DNA from: the human T2T-CHM13v2.0 reference genome, Homo sapiens
Direction: 5' to 3' (one strand)
NCBI RefSeq assembly: GCF_009914755.1
Contig: NC_060935.1
Length of the DNA stretch: 64,000 bases
The translations under genes were made by a program, and so were the position numbers. The notes under the pieces were generated by a model that worked only from the letters and a program-made list of their open reading frames with translations, made no database searches and was not told the DNA's origin. This document shows, one piece after another, positions 50,926 to 64,000 of the stretch (position 1 is the stretch's first letter; each line of letters opens with the position of its first letter).

Positions 50926-53193
50926 TCACTTTTTCTTTTAAAATATGAAGTGTAGGTTCTGTCCATTGCCTTACATTATTAGTTATGTTTTACTAGTAAT
51001 ATATATATTCTGCCTTGTCTATTTCACAGTGGCCATATTCTTCTCTTGGGTATTATCTCCTATCTTTAACTAAGCTATAAATTCCTTAGAGACAGGGTAT
51101 CAGGTTCTAATGCTACCTGATACATCCAGCCAGGGCAGGTGTTTGTTCGTCTTACAAGGAAGACAATAGATATAAATTTTTTTTTTCTACAGCCTCGACC
51201 TCCTGGGCTCAGGTGATTCTCACACCTCACCCTCCCGAGTAGCCGGGATTACGGGCACGCACCACCATGCCCAGCTAATTTTTTGTATTTGTATTTGTAT
51301 TTTTTTGTTTTGTGTGTGTGTATGTTTAATTTTTTTTGTATTTTTAGTAGAGACGGTGTTTTGCTATGTTACCCAGGCTGGTCTCAAACTCCTGGACAGA
51401 AGCTGTCTGCCCGTCTTGACCTCCCAGAGTGATGGGATTATAGATGTGCACCACCGTGCCCGGCCAGACATACAATATTGTCAGCTTTTTATTTTCTCTC
51501 CCTTCCTTGACCACCATTTTCTGAATCTTTTAGCTTATATTTTACCTCTGCATGGAATTGTCCCTGTTGAATCATCTCTTGTTAGAATTCTACTTATTCT
51601 TCTCCCTCTTTTCCTAAAGCCTTTTCTGATCAGTCTAATAAAAATATGATACTTCCCTTTTGTTTTTACTGCCGCTTGAGCACCTACTTTGTATTAAACA
51701 TTTTACTTTATCGACTTTAAATCTTCACAGTGGCCCACAAGGTGATACTCATTCTCCACAAGATATTAATGTTCAGAGAAATTATATAACTTGTCTAAGT
51801 AGTATAGGAGCTGAGATTTAAACTTAGGTCTCAGGCAGGTGCAGTGGCTCACATGTGTAATCCCAGCATTTTGGAAGGCCAAGGCGGGCAGATCAGCTGA
51901 GGTCAGGAGTTTGAGACCAGCCTGGCCAACATGGCAAAACGCTGACTTTACCAAAAATACAAAAATTAGGCAGGCGTGGTGGCACACGGCCATATTCCCA
52001 GCTACTTGGGAGGCTGAGGCACAAGAATCTCTTGAACCTGGGAGGTGGAGGTTGCAGTGAGCCAAGATTTCGCACCACTGCACTCCAGCCTGGGTGACAC
52101 AGCGAGACTGTCTCAAAATAAAATTAAAGAAATAAATAGGCTGGGCATGGTGGCTCACGCCTGTAATCCTAGCACTTTAGGAGGCCAAGACAGGCGGATT
52201 GCCTGAGCTCAGGAGTTGGAGGCCATCCTGGGCAACATGGTGAAACCCCGTCTCTACTAAAATACAAAAAATTAGGTGGGGTAGTGGCGTGTGCCTGTAG
52301 TCCCAGCTACTGTGGAGGTTGAGGCAGGAGAACTGCTTGAACCCAGGAGGTGGGAGGTTGCAGTGAGCCGAGAGCGTGCCACTGCACTCCAGCCTGAGCG
52401 ACAGAGCGAGACTCCGTCTCTAAAAAATAAATAAACAAACTTAGGTCTCTTTGACTCCAAAGCTATTGTTTTCTCTCCACTACTATTTTATGCTGACTCT
52501 TGTGGCCTTATGCGTTTTGTTGTAGTTGTTATAGTTAACAAGAATCTGATATAGATTTTCGTGTCCATCCTGGTGTCTTTATCATTCTATAAATATTTGT
52601 GGAATAAATGAAAAGGGGACTTTGTTCTTCATGAACTAGGATAATTATCTTCATGGGCTAGGATATTAGCAACAGGTTTGCGAAATAGCCCTGTTTAACA
52701 AAAGAATATAAATTCAAAATCAGTCTGTTACCCACTAAATTATGGATACTTCATTCAAATTATGAGATAGATTAGGTCAACCTGCATCAAATCAGTATAG
52801 ATCAGTAAGTAAGAGCTTGACTCTAGAGTGAGCCTGCCCCGGTTCTTTTCCTGCTTTGTTCTGTAAGTTACCTAACATCTGCTTTCTCATGTATGAAGTG
52901 GAGATTAGTATTTAGCATTTAGAATTGTTAGGATTAAATGAGACATTAGATAAAAGAGTCAACAACTGACTGTATAGTAAACATGCCTTAGGGAATAATT
53001 ATTATTAACATTATCCATTGTCTTTCCCATTCTTTGTGATTTGATTATGATTGTTGAGTGAGAACTTTTTCCTTGTGTATTATTGAAAATAAGAAAGGAC
53101 AGTATTTTTTCTTCTACTTTTTAAAAAATATTCTTACTATATTTAAGGATATTAGTGGCTCGATAGAGATGATCGATGCATCTTTTATGGCAG

Positions 53194-53372
53194 GGAGTCG
53201 TCGCATGGTGGATGTCATGGACGTGAACACACAGAAAGGCATTGAAATGACCATGGCTCAGTGGACACGCTACTATGAGACCCCAGAGGAGGAGCGAGAG
53301 AAACTCTATAATGTCATCAGCCTCGAGTTTAGCCACACCAGGCTGGAGAATATGGTGCAGAGGCCCTCCACG
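53194..53372 (+). CDS. KDM2A: KDM2A coding exon (probably exon 6; 179 nt)
   Basis: ttttatggcag|GG AGT ... TCC ACG|gttagt. Translates (G)[59 protein letters not shown]. Confidence 0.97.
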
Positions 53373-53425
53373 GTTAGTGTAATCATTTTCTTCATATTGT
53401 CATTGTCACCAAAAGGGTTGTTTTC

Positions 53426-57368
<3,943 letters not shown>

Positions 57369-59161
57369 TTAATATTCAAAAACTTAATCTTCATTTCTAA
57401 AAACTTAATCTTCATGTCTAAAAACTTTGATCTGTCACTTCTCACTTTATATCCTCAAGTTCTAACCTATTTGCATTTCTTAATCCTAGAGTTACATAAT
57501 CTGTTTGTTCCCTGTGATCTTCACAACCTTCAGGGTTTGCCTATTCATTTATCAGATGCCTACCACATGCTAAGCACTGTCTAGGTACTAGAGATACAGT
57601 GGAAAATGATATCATTCTTGTTAGAGACTCAAAGAAAGACAAGAAAATATGCATTTATATAAACTATAGTATGAGCAGTGCTTCAAAAGTGAATAAACAG
57701 CCAGGCAAAGTAGCACATGCCTTTAGTCCCAGCTACCTGGGAGGCTGTGGTGGGAGAATTGCTTGAGCCCAGGAGTTTGAGGCAGCCTAGGCAATGTGGC
57801 AAGACCCAGTCTTTTAAAATTAAAAAAATTGAATAAAGCAGGATATTGTGGAAGCATTTTGGAAGGATGACCTAATTTAGAAACTATAGGAGAATTAGGG
57901 GAAGCTCTTTGGAGGAAGTGGTGCCTAATGTTGACATAAAAGAAATAATGAAGCAAGGAGAGGGAGACCAGAATTACGGGCAGAAGGAATAGCATTTGTA
58001 AAAGTAGGTTCCGGGAGGTAAGAAGGGCAACTTTTACATGCCTGTTATAGGAGCTAGCATAAAGTAGAGTTCTATGGTGAGAAGAGATTATTTAGTGCTG
58101 CCATTCCAGCAATAACTGAGAGGTAGATTTTAAAATGGCACAAATAATACACATTTGTTTGGTGATGGGGAAATAAGTTCATGGAAGGCTATGAGTTGTT
58201 TATGAATAGACTAGGTTCATGATATTGGACTTCTTACCAGTTTGGCCCTAGTTTTGTTGCAGAACAGATTATAACTGGGATCAGAGTATTTAGCAAAGGA
58301 TCTATCCCAAGGCTAAAGATTAACCTAAGAAGAAAAGCACGAACATGTTACCACAAATTCTCTCTGTAGTCTGAAGATACCTAATAATACCAAAGAAAGG
58401 CAGGCAAAAATGACTGACTTTCTTGCTGCAATTAAGAAATTCTGCTTTCTGTGAATGAATGCGTGGTAAAAAAAAAAAAAATACTCATATGTTCTGAACC
58501 GTTCCTCTCCCTATTCAGACATGGGAGCTTACAGCGTATTAAGCAAGTACTTTATTCATTATTCTGTTAAAGGCATTCCCATGGACAACACACGGGGATG
58601 GGAGATGGTGGCTACTACATTAAGAAACAGTAAATTTTATTTGAAGGAAAGAAAGGCATCCAGGGCTTATTCAATGTTCTGGGACCGGCGGATGCTTGGT
58701 TAAAATTGTTGGCTCCCTGAGCAGAAATTCTTTGAAATGGAACAGCAGGTTAACCTTAACCGTTGCTCCTCATCTTGTTTGTTTCTTCCATGTCAGTGGT
58801 GATGCTTTCTAAACACTCTCCCACAGTTAACATCTGGGTATCCTCTAGACAACTGCTTCATATCATGCACAACTTTATGCATTTGTCTCCATTCACATTA
58901 TAAGGGAAGTAAGTGATCAAATACGTAGATGTTGTTACAAAGCTTACCAGATACATGTTTTTTATAACCATAAGTTAGATATTTACCACATCAGCACTGT
59001 GCTGAATTCATGGTGGTTTGGCTCTCGAGTTTTACCTACCTGGAGTTCATTGGTTGAGTGTAGACACTTGAAGGCACAGGAAATGTTATAATTTAGTGTA
59101 AAATGTTGCGTATTGCTTTCACTTCTCTTTTTTTTCAGCCAGTATTATTTAAAAGATTCCT

Positions 59162-60476
<1,315 letters not shown>

Positions 60477-61031
60477 TAGATGAGTTTGAGGGCCTTATAT
60501 AGTCTTGAAAAGACATGATAGACCTGGAGCTTCTTATTCCTAAGCTGGTAGTTTCTATAGCACATTGTCAATGCAAGGCTATAAATCTATACTGGATTTT
60601 TTTCTTTTTTTTGGCCTAACTTTTGGCATCTTAACTGTTCTAACAATGGTATATATTTTGCTGAGTTTATAGATACCTTCCAGACAACACCTTTTATTGG
60701 ATTAAAAAATAAAACAAATTATATAAGTATTGACATAGAAGAGAGTTCATAGTTATACACTATTGCATAATTAATGATTCCATTTTGACTAGTGCTGTCT
60801 TTACTATTATCATTTGATGGAATGATTAATCTTTATTCTCATATAACAATTATTTCTAGGATGGTTGCCTAGTAATCCTAAGATTCGCCAACAGATTTTT
60901 TTAATTTGCTTATAATTAAATTATAGTTTTTTGTTATGTATTTTAAGAAATTCTGCTTTTCTTGACTTTAAAATTATCTTTGACCCCAACCTTTCCCTTG
61001 GAGCCCAAGTGTTTCCTCCTTCTATTTAAAG

Positions 61032-61138
61032 GTGGATTTCATTGACTGGGTAGACAACATGTGGCCAAGGCACTTGAAGGAAAGCCAGACTGAATCAACA
61101 AATGCCATCTTGGAGATGCAGTACCCTAAAGTGCAGAA
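61032..61138 (+). CDS. KDM2A: KDM2A coding exon (probably exon 7; 107 nt; JmjC)
   Basis: ttctatttaaag|GTG ... CAG AA|gtaagt. Translates [35 protein letters not shown](K). Confidence 0.97.
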
Positions 61139-61524
61139 GTAAGTGATGCGCCCTGCATCTTCCTCCGTGTGCTGTGGGAGACCAAAGCAATAGCAAGGAT
61201 TGGCTTCTCCCTTACGAGCTTTGCTCTGTGTCTTGAATGATTAAAAAGATGAATTATTTAAAGATGAGACTTTACAGTTCCACAAGGAAGAGTGTATGTG
61301 AGCATACCATAGCACACAACCACACAGTTAAAGGAAAAAAAACTTACATTTTAGTCAATACGGTAGAAAAAAAAAAAACCTTTTTCTGATAATGTGATGA
61401 CTTGAAAATGCATTGCTTTTTCTCCTTCTGGAACTTAAGATTAAGTGGAAGATAAAGGGAGTATATAAGAGGAGAGTATGGCATTTTGGTGGGGCAGATG
61501 TACTTTTTTCCATCAGTACACTAA

Positions 61525-61650
<126 letters not shown>

Positions 61651-62224
61651 TAGTTGTGATAGGGGTTGGAATCTGAAGTTGGTTGTATGACTTTGCTTCA
61701 GTTCATGTATACTTAATATACCCTGGAAATGAATCTGTTAGGGAATTGTCCCCATTCGTATCTGGAAAGAATTATAGATTAAGTTCACCTTCTTGGCTAG
61801 TGTTCAGTAGAAATTAGTATTCATCTAGTTCACTGTCATTACACCATTGGCACAGCACTTAGTAAATCTCAATAGTCCTGTTTCTAGATTCCTGAATCAG
61901 AGTTCTCCAAATGAAGCCAAAGAAGTGATTTTAGAAGGACAAGATAATTTCTGTACTTGGAAGTATAATAAATAGTGGAAGGGAACACGAATTTTGGATA
62001 GATTCACTGTGAAATCAGCAAATTAAGATCTAAACCAACTTTCCCTCTATGTAGCCATTGGTCTGAAATATGGCCAAAGGAAGCCTTTAAGTCCTTTTTG
62101 AGGATGTAAACAGGTTTTGAAGGATTATCTTTATTCATTCAGTTATATTCCAGCTTGTGAAAATGCTTCTGAATGCTATATGAGAATGGAAATCTAGAAT
62201 TAATACCCGAGGTTTATAGTATTA

Positions 62225-62955
<731 letters not shown>

Positions 62956-63422
62956 GTCTTAATCAGAACAACTATGTCTCCAAATCCAAAAGTCATTTTG
63001 TTTGCTTCAGATCCCTTTAAGCCCTGTTGATCTTAGTTACTACCTTGGACAAAACAACCTGAGCCAGTCTCTTGAAGATACTGTGCCTAATTAACTGTAC
63101 TACTTAGGACTCTGGAAGCCAGACAGAGTGTTTAAGGGACTGCCTAGGTAATGAGCTGAATGGTCCCTCTTCTCTCCGAGTCCTGGATGGTGTATAGTCA
63201 AACCCAAGGGAAGCCTTAATGCTGTTGGATCAAGTGAAGGATAAGAAAGATCTACTGCCTTGGACCTTCTAGGGTTTACCACATAGTCAAGTTCTATAGG
63301 CTGGGAAAATTGCTTGCCTTTCTTCTACCTGGTGGTCTTAATTTTGTACCTGTTTATCAGTTGAGGGAGACGACTGGGTCATGTCAATGGCTGTTAACAG
63401 ACTAAAGTTTTTTAACTCACAG

Positions 63423-63576
63423 GTCTTCTGGCTCATCCCCCCTACAGCCCACAACCTGGAGCTGTACGAGAATTGGCTGCTGTCAGGGAAACAGGGAGAC
63501 ATCTTTCTGGGTGACCGGGTATCAGATTGTCAGCGCATTGAGCTCAAGCAGGGCTATACCTTCGTCATTCCCTCAG
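63423..63576 (+). CDS. KDM2A: KDM2A coding exon (probably exon 9; 154 nt; JmjC)
   Basis: ttttaactcacag|GTC ... TCA G|gtaagc. Translates [51 protein letters not shown](G). The third iron ligand (H284) is in the next exon, outside the window. Confidence 0.97.
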
Positions 63577-64000
63577 GTAAGCAAAATGGGAAGAGTGGGT
63601 TATTTAGCCATTTTTTTCCTTAATGAAAAAGAAATTGATGGATTACCACCAAGAATAGTTATGATGCTGGGCGTCTGCAGAAAACAACAGTGTTTCTTCC
63701 TGTCATTATGGAATAGATGCTGAGGTTTTGTTTGTTTTGTTTTCAGTTTGAAAAGGCAGTGGTTTTCCAATAAAGTATATGAGAATTGCCAGCAGAGGCT
63801 TTTCAGGTATACACGTTTGGGCTCTGCATTAGCCCTAGTAATTTAGAATCTCTATAGATAGGACCTGTTCTGCAGGTGATACACAATCTATGTTGAAGAA
63901 CTGCCTACTATTCTAGGGAATGGCTGTGAAGGCTGGAGTGCTCAGTCAGGGATGTTTTTGATCAAGTCATTAAATCAAAGTAAGTGCTTATAAAGATCAC

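Overview
Primate (human or great-ape) genomic DNA lying wholly inside KDM2A (FBXL11/JHDM1A, H3K36me1/2 JmjC demethylase) on the + strand. Seven internal coding exons (probably exons 3-9, about residues 15-281) splice in frame with GT-AG boundaries and include the JmjC HxD motif. Most ORF-track entries are Alu, L1 or Tigger translations. The introns are Alu-saturated and also hold a TSD-flanked old L1 spread over 13.5 kb, a full-length Tigger1, Tigger3, Tigger2a, an MST LTR, a 7SL pseudogene fused to an Alu, and an antisense TTC3 retrocopy made from an oddly spliced transcript. The most notable unexplained structure is a non-Alu ~110-bp inverted repeat in the intron before the JmjC core exons. 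Its arms are 92% identical although they predate an old Alu insertion, and its loop holds a candidate 197-nt poison exon opening TTT-TAA-TGA-TAA. Gene and repeat names come from recalled sequences, not a database search. Repeat boundaries are approximate.
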